Below, piece by piece: positions 25,301-33,386 of a DNA stretch of 34,434 nt. This DNA is from an uncultured Candidatus Peribacteria bacterium (GTDB lineage Bacteria > Patescibacteriota > Gracilibacteria > Peribacterales > Peribacteraceae): contig CAZBSN010000002.1 in the NCBI GenBank assembly GCA_964494435.1, forward strand, positions 1,969 to 36,402, written 5' to 3'. Positions within the stretch are counted from its first letter, which is position 1; the number at the start of each line of letters is the position of its first letter. The notes below the pieces were generated by a model. That model did not search any database. It was given only the letters and a program-made list of their open reading frames with translations, and was not told the origin of the DNA. Both the position numbers and the translations under genes were made by a program.

Positions 25301-26559
25301 ACTTCGTCATAGGTCGCGAATGCCAAATCCGGAAGGATGTCGTTGTTGAATTTTCCCACGACGAGTGCATGACCGCCCGCGTGTGATGCGGCATACATTG
25401 GTTCGGGCTGAACGGGAACGGTTCTGCGAAGGTACACCGTCATGAATTGCCCTTGTTCATCCACGATGACGTCCCTGACGCCATCACGATTCACGTCGGC
25501 GGATCGGAGCATCTGCACTCGCGGATCGGATCCGCTGAAATATGAGTTGTAATCCGAGAAACGACCATCGCCGCGATTGATAAATTCAGTGATGCGATAC
25601 CGATTGGGATCATCATCGGCATGGGCGCGATTGGGATCGATGCCGTTGGGACTCGACAGCACGACGTCAAGAAGCCCGTCGCCGCTGACATCCTGCAGCA
25701 ATTGACCGCGCGCGCCGTCGGTGAATCCGACCTCAGCGGGATCTTCGAATGACAATCCCGCCGCTCCGAAGAGCATGTAGGCCTTCGTTCCCTGCGCGAT
25801 GAGGAGATCCGCGTCACCATCGCCGTTCACGTCGCCGGGAAGAATGCGGTAGATGGATTGCGCGCCAAATGACTGCACGACGGGAGTGTCGAACGTGCCG
25901 TCTCCCTTTCCGCGGAGAACGGCAATGCCGCCGCCGATCGCCTGTGAAACGGCCAAATCTATTTTCCCGTCGAGATCGAAATCTCCCGCTGCAACCTCGC
26001 TTGCTTTTAGAATCGCAGTGGAAAGTATCGCCGTCCCAAACGAACCGTCGCCGGCATTGAGGAACACGCGAACCTTTCCTTCTTGGACGTCCGTCACGAT
26101 GATGTCGAGGAAACCGTCGACGTTGAGATCCGCCTGCACGTGAGCCGTGGGCATGGGGCCCAAGACGATGACGCGTGCATTCCCGCAAGCGACGCCGAGA
26201 GAGGGATCGTCGCAGGGGCGGGGAGGATCAACGACGCCGTTGCCGCACGCGAGCGCGCAGAGCCCGTTGTCGCAACGACCACTGGCGCATTGATCATCGC
26301 GTTCACACTGAAGAGCACAACTGCTCGTGCAGGAATCTCCCTGCGTTCCGTTTCCGGGACCGTGATCGCACTGTTCAAACGGCGGATCGAGGACGCCATT
26401 GCCGCAAAGATCGAGACACTGTTCAAGTCCTCCGGCCTGTGCGCAGAGCGCGAGTCGGGGGTCTGTATGAACCTCGCTCCCCTGCCACACACCCACCACA
26501 AGCAGCACTCCCAGGAAGAGGAAGAGAGGCGCGCCGCGAGTGAGGAAGGAAGGGCTCAT
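22303..26559 (-). CDS. Giant cysteine-rich surface protein G3 (1418 aa): FG-GAP/VCBS propeller plus about 20 Cys-rich repeats plus an LPDTG sortase signal
   Basis: The signal peptide is MSPSFLTRGAPLFLFLGVLLVVGVWQG. About 7 blades carry D-x-N/D-x-DG-x-x-D (DLNVDGFLDIIV, DFDLDGKIDLAV, DVNGDGDADLLI, DVNRDGVRDVIV, DLNRDGIDDLSI). Many CGNGvvD.GE.CDDGN repeats follow. The C-terminus is LPDTGPALVVGLAAGGAAGVAWIRRRFRK. I hand-counted about 134 Cys. Confidence 0.9.
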   Translation of the reverse strand: MSPSFLTRGAPLFLFLGVLLVVGVWQGSEVHTDPRLALCAQAGGLEQCLDLCGNGVLDPPFEQCDHGPGNGTQGDSCTSSCALQCERDDQCASGRCDNGLCALACGNGVVDPPRPCDDPSLGVACGNARVIVLGPMPTAHVQADLNVDGFLDIIVTDVQEGKVRVFLNAGDGSFGTAILSTAILKASEVAAGDFDLDGKIDLAVSQAIGGGIAVLRGKGDGTFDTPVVQSFGAQSIYRILPGDVNGDGDADLLIAQGTKAYMLFGAAGLSFEDPAEVGFTDGARGQLLQDVSGDGLLDVVLSSPNGIDPNRAHADDDPNRYRITEFINRGDGRFSDYNSYFSGSDPRVQMLRSADVNRDGVRDVIVDEQGQFMTVYLRRTVPVQPEPMYAASHAGGHALVVGKFNNDILPDLAFATYDEVFSTTGDADGGFSAPVRVGMIGKAPGAQAGSSQQFASRSMVAGDLNRDGIDDLSIVRPDGGPALTIILSQNGRLACESVAIMPCVIPGEACDDANTDDTDACTNRCEQRCVPGQLCPDGQACPSSGICPVLCGNGVVDAGEDCDDGNLIDTDQCTLTCRERNCTPGQLCPDGQACPASGICPDLCGNGTVDAGEQCDDGNPTANDTCLQNCRFRPCTPGQICPDGQVCPLNGICLPLLCGNGVVNVGEACDDGNEIDVDQCSNECEARCTPGLLCPDGQLCPANGICPPTLCGNNLVDLGEQCDDGPNNRSWLPDKMKEMFCKPQCVRPACADGLDNDGDGLSDEDDPGCYLYLLSLENPGLTAQVITTLPPMEMLVGKDDEGCPAGTIDRVTFCARTCEQGEICADGQTCLVNGTCPIQLCGNGVIDAGEACDSGLPSGNDLCDATCHVSQAAGTCGDGVMSGALGEQCDDGNQIDSDACNNACRVRCDSDDDCTSGICNEATGVCSAPYCGDSQVNTYLEQCDDGDLVDTDECRNNCKLACSAHSDCPSGECDFTSMTCVAPCGNGRLDPGEQCDDDNLSNNDACSNRCEIRCANDAQCSSGVCDESNGVCIDLCGNGVVDAGESCDDRNNSDTDTCTNACRIRCLIGTLCPDGRSCPVHGVCPAGLCGDGRIDAEEQCDDGNTIAGDACSPTCMLRCDAAHACPDGLLCEGGACNRCTSSLQCPNGFCVDGHCRGALPLCGNGTIESGEVCDDGNGEDNDGCTVGCAFGLGHACAAGAECDSKLCDGGSCQPCGGASQCGSGLRCSEGRCLLEGNACGNGVVEPGEACDDMNRDDQDGCTMSCRFGFNVACTHPSQCQSNVCTNGVCAPCADNSACPSGLRCALGQCLTDAQMSLLPNVCGNGLPEAGEACDDNNALGNDGCTPLCTVGNEGFTDVAATIIVELPFTPAHPTEDTVHGSGDDLPDTGPALVVGLAAGGAAGVAWIRRRFRKTSSPS
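24385..25060 (-). repeat. Four tandem super-modules of about 53 aa (about 159 bp), C-T-P-G-Q-L-C-P-D-G-Q-x-C-P-x-x-G-I-C-P-x-L-C-G-N-G-x-V-D-x-G-E-x-C-D-D-G-N, inside G3
   Basis: The protein repeats start CVPGQLCPDGQACPSSGICPVLCGNG, CTPGQLCPDGQACPASGICPDLCGNG, CTPGQICPDGQVCPLNGIC and CTPGLLCPDGQLCPANGIC. Long stretches of DNA identity are visible, for example around 24770-24800 compared with 24930-24960. Confidence 0.8.
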
Positions 26560-26606
26560 GAATCAGACGAACTCTACACCAGAGCAGCACAAACCGGGAT
26601 GCCGCA

Positions 26607-29600
26607 TCACGGCTCCACACACTGTTCGAGCTGACACAGGTGGCTGCATCCGTCGCCATCCAGGCGATTGCTGTCCTCACACTGCTCTCCGGCGTCGGTG
26701 AATCCATTTCCGCACAGCGGAACACCGCAGTTTTGTGGACAGGTGGGAGTCGTCCGTACGCGGCACTCGGATCCGTCCGCGCAGCAGCCGAAGCTGTACG
26801 GCTTGCCGTCAATCGGCGTTCCCCACGTCATGATGTTGCAATTGCAACTGCTGCCGTCTTGGCAACGATTCATCGAGGCGCCTTCATCGCATGTTTCGCC
26901 GCGCACCTCATCGATGATGCCGTCGCCGCACGGCATATATGGCTTGCACGACGTCGTGCACGTCGAGCCGGGACCGTTGCCATTTGCCGCTCCTGCATCA
27001 CAACGTTCGTCGTCGGGCGTGCCCATCACCAAGTCGAGGCCGGCATTGAACTGGAAGCCGTTTCCGCAGAACTCAACCATGCATGTTCCTCTGCCACAGA
27101 GAGACTCTTTCCCATTGTGCATGACAGAGCAGTAGAGGGTTGTGACGTCATTGACGTCTATAGTGGGCCCTGGACCGCAATCACATTGCTCGCCAACTCC
27201 TTGGATGCCATGGAGAGGATCGACAAAGCCGTCTCCGCACATTTTAAGGCTGCAGTCAGCGCGGCAGAAGCTTTCGAGCGTGCCGTTCACCGCCGTGCCA
27301 AGGTCGCATTCTTCACCTGTTTCACGTTCGCCGTTGCCGCAGAGTGGACACTCTCCGTCGACGGGACAACTGTTGCCATCCGAACACGCCTCACCCGGTG
27401 CACACTCTTCCTGACAGGTGTCGGAACACCCATCGTCGACCTTCATGTTGCCGTCGTCACACGCTTCGCCGGCATCGACCGTGCTGTTGCCGCAGAGGCT
27501 GCACGTTCCGGCTTCTTCGTCGCACGTTCCCCCGCCACAATCGCTGTCTTCGTCGCATTCATTCACGCATTGCGATGAACAACCATCGCCGTCTGCAGAA
27601 TTGCCGTCGTCACATTGTTCCGTGGCTGATGGTGGGGCATTCTGTCCGGCTGGAACGCAACGGAAGCAACGACCTCCTTCTCCATTGATTGTGCAAAGGC
27701 TGGCGCCCGCGCCGCCGAACCATTCCACCGTCTGACCTGCAGGACATGATTCTGCAGGATTGCTCGCATTACTGCCACACACCGGATATTCAGCGGGACA
27801 CGCGCCGTTACCCGGATCAGCAGAAGGACAGGTGGAAGTCGAGAGTGTGAAATTAACCACACACGGCGGACGATTGTCACGATTACCGCTGTTGTCGAAG
27901 TAGTTGTTCGCGCCCGGTTCATCATGGCTGACGTATGCTTTGGTCGCTCCCACAGGCGCATTCACGCCGCCAGTCGCGTCGAAGATTCTCACTTTCGACA
28001 CAGTGACATTCGCATCGTTTGTGAAGCTGATGGTGCCGAAGTCGCACGTATGCGGCTGTTCATCGTGCCCATTATGAATGCGCGTCGAGAACGTTCCGGT
28101 GACGGAGGTGACGCGAATCGTGTCTCCTTCCCGCACGTTCGTCATGAGCGACGGTGCTTGAGCGTCTCCATTGCGCACGTCTTCCCACGGACCTTGGCTT
28201 CCTTCGAAGGAAGCGCTTCCCGTTGTCTGATTTTGACAGGAATCTGATGGTGGCGGAGCGGGGCATGTCGGGAATGCACAGCTTGCTCCCCCGCGGCGGA
28301 GAAGCGGGCCTCCATCAGGACATTGCATGGTATCGGTTGAACAGGGAGGCTCGATTTCATCGATCTTCCCGTTACCACAGAGCGGCTGACACGCACCTGC
28401 TTCACATTCACCGCCGGGACAATCTGCATCTGCTTCGCAGTTCAGTTTACATTCGTTATTGCATCCGTCGTCGTCGACGCGGTTGCCGTCATCGCACTGT
28501 TCCCCATCCTGAGCACCACCTGGTACCGGAGGTGCACCTTCGGAATCATCATTCTCATCCGTGCAGGAGTCATCGTGCGCAATTTCACTGTCATCTTCAG
28601 GTGATGCACAACCAAGATCTCCTCCGGCAAAGTCTGTCTTGCCGTCGGCGTCGTTGTCCGCCTCGTCCTTACAAACGTACTCTGGATTTGCTGAATCGCG
28701 GCCGCATCTGAGCGTATCGAGACGGTCGTTTCCTGCGGCACATGCATTTTGGATGACGAAGTTATTGAGAGCAGGGCTCCAAGTGGCGAGCGTGTTGTTG
28801 TTGCAGCTCGTGTAGCTGCCGCGCGTCTTCGAGATCACTTCTGGGAACCCAACCATGTCGCAAATCTTCTGCGCAGTCACATCGTCGAAGTGCGCAGCCC
28901 CGGAATTATTGTCACCCGTCGGAATATGATTCACGCCGTCGGTGCCGTTGATGAGTGCGCGAATCTGCCATGGACTGGTGAAGACATACTCTTCTTGGAC
29001 TTCCTGTCCGCCCTCTGTGAGTGCATCCGTCGATCCATCACCATCGTTGTCGATGCCATCGCTGCACGCAGGGAGATCTTCCTCACGCATGTCACTCGCA
29101 GTCGAACATCCGGGATCGGCGATGTCGATGAGTGCATCACCGTCGTTATCGATTCCATCGCCACAGAGTGGATCTTCAGGCGGAACCGGCGGATCGACGA
29201 CTCCATCGCCGCAGATCGATCCGAAGCACGTCATACACACCGGAGCATCGGCTAATTTGCATTCCTGTCCTTTCGCCGCACACGCGGCGTCGCCGCCATT
29301 TGCACACTCATTGCCTTGGCATTGGCCACCGAGTGCCGCGACGCATTTCACACAGGGGAAGAGCGGGTCGGGCGCACACACCTTTCCTTGATCGGCGCAA
29401 TTTTTGATCGCCCCGGGAGCCTGGCACTCGTTGCCGAGACAGATACCGCCGACATTGCCTTTGCACTGATTGTTGCATGCGTCGTTGTCGATCTGATTGC
29501 CGTCATCACATGCTTCGCCGGCATTTGGGAGACCGTCACCGCACTTCCCCGGCTTTTTGCCATCTCCTCCTCCTGCAGGACATGCGCCAAACTCAGGCAG

Positions 29601-31001
29601 CGGTGCGCCCCCAGGGGCTGCAGCTGGAGGATCACCTGGTGCTCTGCCCGCTGTGCAATTGGCTCCTCCTGCTTGTGCTCCATTTGTATCTAAACAGACC
29701 GTTCCTGCGCCGAAGCCTTGGCAATCAAAATTGCTCTCGCAGCCGGACCCTACTGGCAAAAGCGGCGTGCATATTCCGTTTGGAGGTGGGCCAACATAAC
29801 GACACGCTAAGTTCGCATTGTTCCCACACCCCACTCCGGGCTGTGGCGGACACGGGGGATTGCCACAGGGTCTCGTACATCCCTCACCCGCCGCTTGCGC
29901 CAAGAGGTTTGCTTGCTGATTACCTGTTGATGCTTCACTCCCAGCTGAGCCGGACGTGTCCGATGTAAGGCCCACCTCTTCTGGATCTGGCATGACCGCA
30001 CACCCAATCGGAAGTTGGCAGGCCAACGTGCACCAACTGATCGATGGGTCGAACGGAGGATCGTCGCTGTTGGCGTCGCCGTTGTCGCACAACTCACCGG
30101 CATCGACAGTGCCATCACCGCATACTCCGACGCCGCATTCGCCGTCTTGTTCTTGCTCCTCTGAACAGTCGCTGCTGACCGATGACTCAGATGAAGATGC
30201 AGTGGAGCTTGAAATGCTGCTCGGTGGAGAGGTGCTGACGGAAGAGCCTCCCCCAGTTGGTTGGTCCGGTTGATCCGGCTCGTCGCTTGAAGAAGCAGAG
30301 GTGCTGACGGATGAAACGGACGCCGTACTCACCGAAGAATCTCCTCCTCCGCCTGTGTCGCCAGTGCCACCTGTTCCTCCTGTATCGCCGTCGGAGCATA
30401 TGCCGCCCGTTTTCGTCAGGGTAGAAAAGCAATCTCCGATGTTGTCACCATGAGGATCATCTTGGACTCGAACCTTTACACCGGCGGCATCGTCGGGAGC
30501 AATGGCACTGCTGACAGGTAATTCCTGAGGTGCTCCGATCGCTCCACCACCACTCGTGACGAACTGCAGAAAGACAGTCCCCGCACAGGTGGAAATGGCG
30601 TGTGCACAGTAACCGTCTTCGTATGGGTAGAGTTTGTCCTGGCATGCACACTGATCTTCCTGCTCGTGCGTCAGACCTTCTCCAGTTCCCTCACAGTTAA
30701 ATGTTTGACCCGCGTATATTTCACAGGAGCGATTGCACCACGGTCCGTCGGAAATCGTTGCGCTCACTTGCGTCCCAGGTTCTGCGTCAAAATCGACGGA
30801 CGGACCTTCACTCATGCTCGTGGTCGTTTCAATCGTGAGTTCTTTCTCACATGCGGAATCCGTATCCGAAAGATCGATCTGCGCCCGAAGCGGATTTTGT
30901 GTCCACGACCCCAACTGATCGATGCCAAAAGCAGCGCCCGCCATCGCCACCGCGAGGATCGCGGCGACTATGATACGCCCAGCGGTAACACGCACAGCCA
31001 T
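26607..31001 (-). CDS. Giant cysteine-rich secreted protein G4 (1464 aa), no C-terminal anchor
   Basis: The signal peptide is MAVRVTAGRIIVAAILAVAMAGAAFG. Contents:
- a Ser/Thr/Gly-rich linker;
- many CG(N/D)G..GE.CDDGN repeats;
- three acidic C.DG.DNDGDG motifs;
- two Cys-poor globular inserts.
The protein ends ...CSHLCQLEQCVEP with no sorting signal. Confidence 0.88.
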   Translation of the reverse strand: MAVRVTAGRIIVAAILAVAMAGAAFGIDQLGSWTQNPLRAQIDLSDTDSACEKELTIETTTSMSEGPSVDFDAEPGTQVSATISDGPWCNRSCEIYAGQTFNCEGTGEGLTHEQEDQCACQDKLYPYEDGYCAHAISTCAGTVFLQFVTSGGGAIGAPQELPVSSAIAPDDAAGVKVRVQDDPHGDNIGDCFSTLTKTGGICSDGDTGGTGGTGDTGGGGDSSVSTASVSSVSTSASSSDEPDQPDQPTGGGSSVSTSPPSSISSSTASSSESSVSSDCSEEQEQDGECGVGVCGDGTVDAGELCDNGDANSDDPPFDPSISWCTLACQLPIGCAVMPDPEEVGLTSDTSGSAGSEASTGNQQANLLAQAAGEGCTRPCGNPPCPPQPGVGCGNNANLACRYVGPPPNGICTPLLPVGSGCESNFDCQGFGAGTVCLDTNGAQAGGANCTAGRAPGDPPAAAPGGAPLPEFGACPAGGGDGKKPGKCGDGLPNAGEACDDGNQIDNDACNNQCKGNVGGICLGNECQAPGAIKNCADQGKVCAPDPLFPCVKCVAALGGQCQGNECANGGDAACAAKGQECKLADAPVCMTCFGSICGDGVVDPPVPPEDPLCGDGIDNDGDALIDIADPGCSTASDMREEDLPACSDGIDNDGDGSTDALTEGGQEVQEEYVFTSPWQIRALINGTDGVNHIPTGDNNSGAAHFDDVTAQKICDMVGFPEVISKTRGSYTSCNNNTLATWSPALNNFVIQNACAAGNDRLDTLRCGRDSANPEYVCKDEADNDADGKTDFAGGDLGCASPEDDSEIAHDDSCTDENDDSEGAPPVPGGAQDGEQCDDGNRVDDDGCNNECKLNCEADADCPGGECEAGACQPLCGNGKIDEIEPPCSTDTMQCPDGGPLLRRGGASCAFPTCPAPPPSDSCQNQTTGSASFEGSQGPWEDVRNGDAQAPSLMTNVREGDTIRVTSVTGTFSTRIHNGHDEQPHTCDFGTISFTNDANVTVSKVRIFDATGGVNAPVGATKAYVSHDEPGANNYFDNSGNRDNRPPCVVNFTLSTSTCPSADPGNGACPAEYPVCGSNASNPAESCPAGQTVEWFGGAGASLCTINGEGGRCFRCVPAGQNAPPSATEQCDDGNSADGDGCSSQCVNECDEDSDCGGGTCDEEAGTCSLCGNSTVDAGEACDDGNMKVDDGCSDTCQEECAPGEACSDGNSCPVDGECPLCGNGERETGEECDLGTAVNGTLESFCRADCSLKMCGDGFVDPLHGIQGVGEQCDCGPGPTIDVNDVTTLYCSVMHNGKESLCGRGTCMVEFCGNGFQFNAGLDLVMGTPDDERCDAGAANGNGPGSTCTTSCKPYMPCGDGIIDEVRGETCDEGASMNRCQDGSSCNCNIMTWGTPIDGKPYSFGCCADGSECRVRTTPTCPQNCGVPLCGNGFTDAGEQCEDSNRLDGDGCSHLCQLEQCVEP

Positions 31002-31078
31002 GCTGGTGCGACAGCTTACCTGAGCGGTTTTTTGAGCGCATGCCCGGATCGCTTGCAGCTAACGCAAAAACTGCTCGT

Positions 31079-32479
31079 TTAGCACTCAACACTTTCGTGT
31101 CGTGCGGGGGTGTGTATGGCAATCTCTGGATGCGCTGCATGCATACGTTCTGCGAACGGTTGCATCTGATGCAGTTCCCCGTGCACCAGGAGGAGAGTCT
31201 GAATACCAGGAACGGATGCAATAAACGTATCCAATTCACCTTTGTCGGCATGACCGGAGTAGGCGTCGATGTAGACGACCTCCGCACGTTTTGGAATGAG
31301 CTGATCGAAAATTTTCACTTCGGTGATGACGGGATTCACGATGCGCGCTCCGAGTGTGTCCTCAGCCATAAATCCAACGGCGAGAACTGTGTTGCGCGGA
31401 TCGCCCAATTCGTTTTTGAGGTGGTGGCGAATGCGGCCCGCTTCGCACATGCCGGATCCCGCCATGATGACCATCGGACCGGGCTTGCCGTTGAGGTCTT
31501 TGCTCTCGTCCGCGGACTCGGTGTATCGCACGAGCGAGAACTGAAATGGATTGTGTGCTCGTGAGAGAAAATCGCGGAACATTTCGGCGTCGAAACATTC
31601 GGGATGACGTTGAAAAACGCCCGTGACTTTCGACGCGAGCGGCGAGTCGATGATGATCGGCACGGCGGGAATTTCTTTCGCGTCCCACAGCAGGTGCATG
31701 TCGTACACAAGCTGTTGCGTGCGTTCGAGCGAGAAAGCAGGAATGAGGACTTTTCCGCCACGCTCTGCGGTTCGCGTGATGACCTCTTTCAGGCGATCTT
31801 TCGCGAGCGCGATGTCTCCGTGCAAGCGATCGCCATATGTCGATTCGCAGATGAGCACTTCGACCGGCGGCATAGGAGCGGGATCTCGAATGATCGGGAG
31901 CGTGCTGCGTCCGAGATCTCCGGTGAACCCGATGCGACGTATTTTCCCGTTCTCCTCCGCTTCAATCAGGACCATCGCGGCGCCAAGTACGTGACCCGCC
32001 TCGATGAACTGCGCGCGGATGCCCGGACACACTTGAAACCATTCGTTGTAGTTGTGCCCGTCAAAGAGCTCCATGCACGCTTCGGAGTCTTTCTGCGTGT
32101 AGAGGGGCCCATCGGACTTGATCATCGATTTCTTGAGGTGCTTCTGAAAAAACTCTTCATCTTTCTCCTGAATGTAGCCGCCGTCTGCGAGCATCACTTC
32201 GGATAAATCACGCGTCGCGTACGTGCAGTGAATCTTTCCGCGGTATCCCCTCTTCCAGAGCACCGGCACACGACCCACGTGGTCCATGTGCGCGTGACTC
32301 AGGATCATCGCATCGATGTCTTTTGCAGCATCGAATGCAAACGTTGCGTTCTTCTCGGCTGACGCCTGACGCCGTCCTTGAAAGAGTCCGCAGTCGAGGA
32401 GAATCTTTTTCCCCGCAACGCGAAGTTCATGACAACTGCCTGTCACTTCTTGCGCTGCGCCGTGGGGGATGATCTGCAT
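31079..32479 (-). CDS. MBL-fold beta-CASP family hydrolase (CPSF73/RNase J-like RNA-processing nuclease)
   Basis: It has MQIIPHGAAQEVTGSCHEL, the LSHAHMDHVG (HxHxDH) motif, ESTYG, and a C-terminal SGHAD. I place the start at the ATG at 32479, which matches the family N-terminus. Upstream in-frame candidates are ATG at 32509, ATG at 32545 and TTG at 32566. Confidence 0.85.
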   Translation of the reverse strand: MQIIPHGAAQEVTGSCHELRVAGKKILLDCGLFQGRRQASAEKNATFAFDAAKDIDAMILSHAHMDHVGRVPVLWKRGYRGKIHCTYATRDLSEVMLADGGYIQEKDEEFFQKHLKKSMIKSDGPLYTQKDSEACMELFDGHNYNEWFQVCPGIRAQFIEAGHVLGAAMVLIEAEENGKIRRIGFTGDLGRSTLPIIRDPAPMPPVEVLICESTYGDRLHGDIALAKDRLKEVITRTAERGGKVLIPAFSLERTQQLVYDMHLLWDAKEIPAVPIIIDSPLASKVTGVFQRHPECFDAEMFRDFLSRAHNPFQFSLVRYTESADESKDLNGKPGPMVIMAGSGMCEAGRIRHHLKNELGDPRNTVLAVGFMAEDTLGARIVNPVITEVKIFDQLIPKRAEVVYIDAYSGHADKGELDTFIASVPGIQTLLLVHGELHQMQPFAERMHAAHPEIAIHTPARHESVEC

Positions 32480-32531
32480 GGATGAAGTTGTTGGTGTTGA
32501 GCTTCTCATGGGACGTACTCTGAGGCCAGGC

Positions 32532-33368
32532 TTAATGGTTTTCATGACTCTCAACGCTGCCGCCAAGCAAACCCTGAAATAAACCTAAAAATCCCTGGGC
32601 ATGACTTGCAGTGCTTTTTACTGCGCGTGTGCGATCGAGTTTGAGCGCCTCATTCACGAATTTTTCTGGAATGCGAACCACGCGCCCTACAGGAATATCT
32701 CCATCTGTCGTGTAGAGAGTTTTTTGAAGATCTGGATGAATATGACGTGCGATTGCATCCATGACACCACGAACGGGCATTTTTTTCGAACGCAGCCCCT
32801 CCCATATCAACTCCGACTGATCGGACGATGGGAAGATTGCGAGGAGAATTGAATTCGAGATTCGGCCATCACGAACGGTGACAGGGATGACAATTTTGAC
32901 GGCAAACTCGCCATTTCCCATATCCAGACGATAGAAATGACACTTCCGTTCGCCCATTGCTTCTTCGTCCTCACGGAAAGAGGACATATTCCCTTCGAGT
33001 TCGTAGAGATGCTCAGCATTCGCGTTCGGAGTGACGCATGTATAACTCGTATTAAAATGATTGGGTTCATATCCATTGCGAACCAGACAATCTGAATTCA
33101 TCAATCTCTCTTCTGCGGACTGTCGTTCATCACTCGTATTTTTATCGTGCAAATACGGAAAAATCGCCATGCCTGTAACCATCGAACGCGCTTCAGAGTC
33201 GAGGTATTCGCGAGGAATTTCTGTGTTGGTTCGCTTTTCCTCAAACTCCTCAACCCCACGAGGAAAGTCAATCATGCGCACGGCTTTTATACGTTCAAGG
33301 CGCTCATCGTGCTTCGCATCGAAACCCTGAGGATCAACGCTTTGTGCAATATCTGTCGACATAGGCAT
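32532..33368 (-). CDS. Hypothetical protein with no recognisable domain; low-GC compositional outlier
   Basis: The ORF is about 278 aa from the ATG at 33368 (the GTG at 33395 is less likely). I see no signal peptide or TM segment. Sampled 60-nt lines give about 43-45% GC, against about 57% in neighbouring genes. Confidence 0.6.
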   Translation of the reverse strand: MPMSTDIAQSVDPQGFDAKHDERLERIKAVRMIDFPRGVEEFEEKRTNTEIPREYLDSEARSMVTGMAIFPYLHDKNTSDERQSAEERLMNSDCLVRNGYEPNHFNTSYTCVTPNANAEHLYELEGNMSSFREDEEAMGERKCHFYRLDMGNGEFAVKIVIPVTVRDGRISNSILLAIFPSSDQSELIWEGLRSKKMPVRGVMDAIARHIHPDLQKTLYTTDGDIPVGRVVRIPEKFVNEALKLDRTRAVKSTASHAQGFLGLFQGLLGGSVESHENH

Positions 33369-33386
33369 GGGGTATGTGTTATATAT

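Noticed and set aside
10564-27578. Long plus-strand ORFs (about 150-330 aa) antisense to the giant genes, for example 10564-11451, 11657-12595, 17945-18829, 21266-22186, 24397-25386 and 26640-27578.
   Set aside because: They lie entirely inside much longer minus-strand ORFs that have clear domain repeats. Their translations are low-complexity (R/A/V/H-rich or acidic) mirror images of the Cys/Gly/Ser-rich sense frames. None has a recognisable motif. This is typical of stop-poor antisense frames in GC-rich repetitive genes.
10573-31001. Diversity-generating retroelement (or similar hypervariation system) targeting the giant surface proteins.
   Set aside because: No reverse transcriptase ORF is present. 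No template/variable repeat pair with adenine-specific mismatches was seen. The internal repeats are ordinary tandem domain duplications.
32480-32566. Upstream in-frame starts for the beta-CASP hydrolase (TTG 32566, ATG 32545, ATG 32509).
   Set aside because: The family N-terminus (M-x-I-x-x-x-G-A-A-x-E-V-T-G-S-C) begins exactly at the ATG at 32479. The longer versions add non-conserved basic or Ser/Thr residues and overlap the upstream gene.
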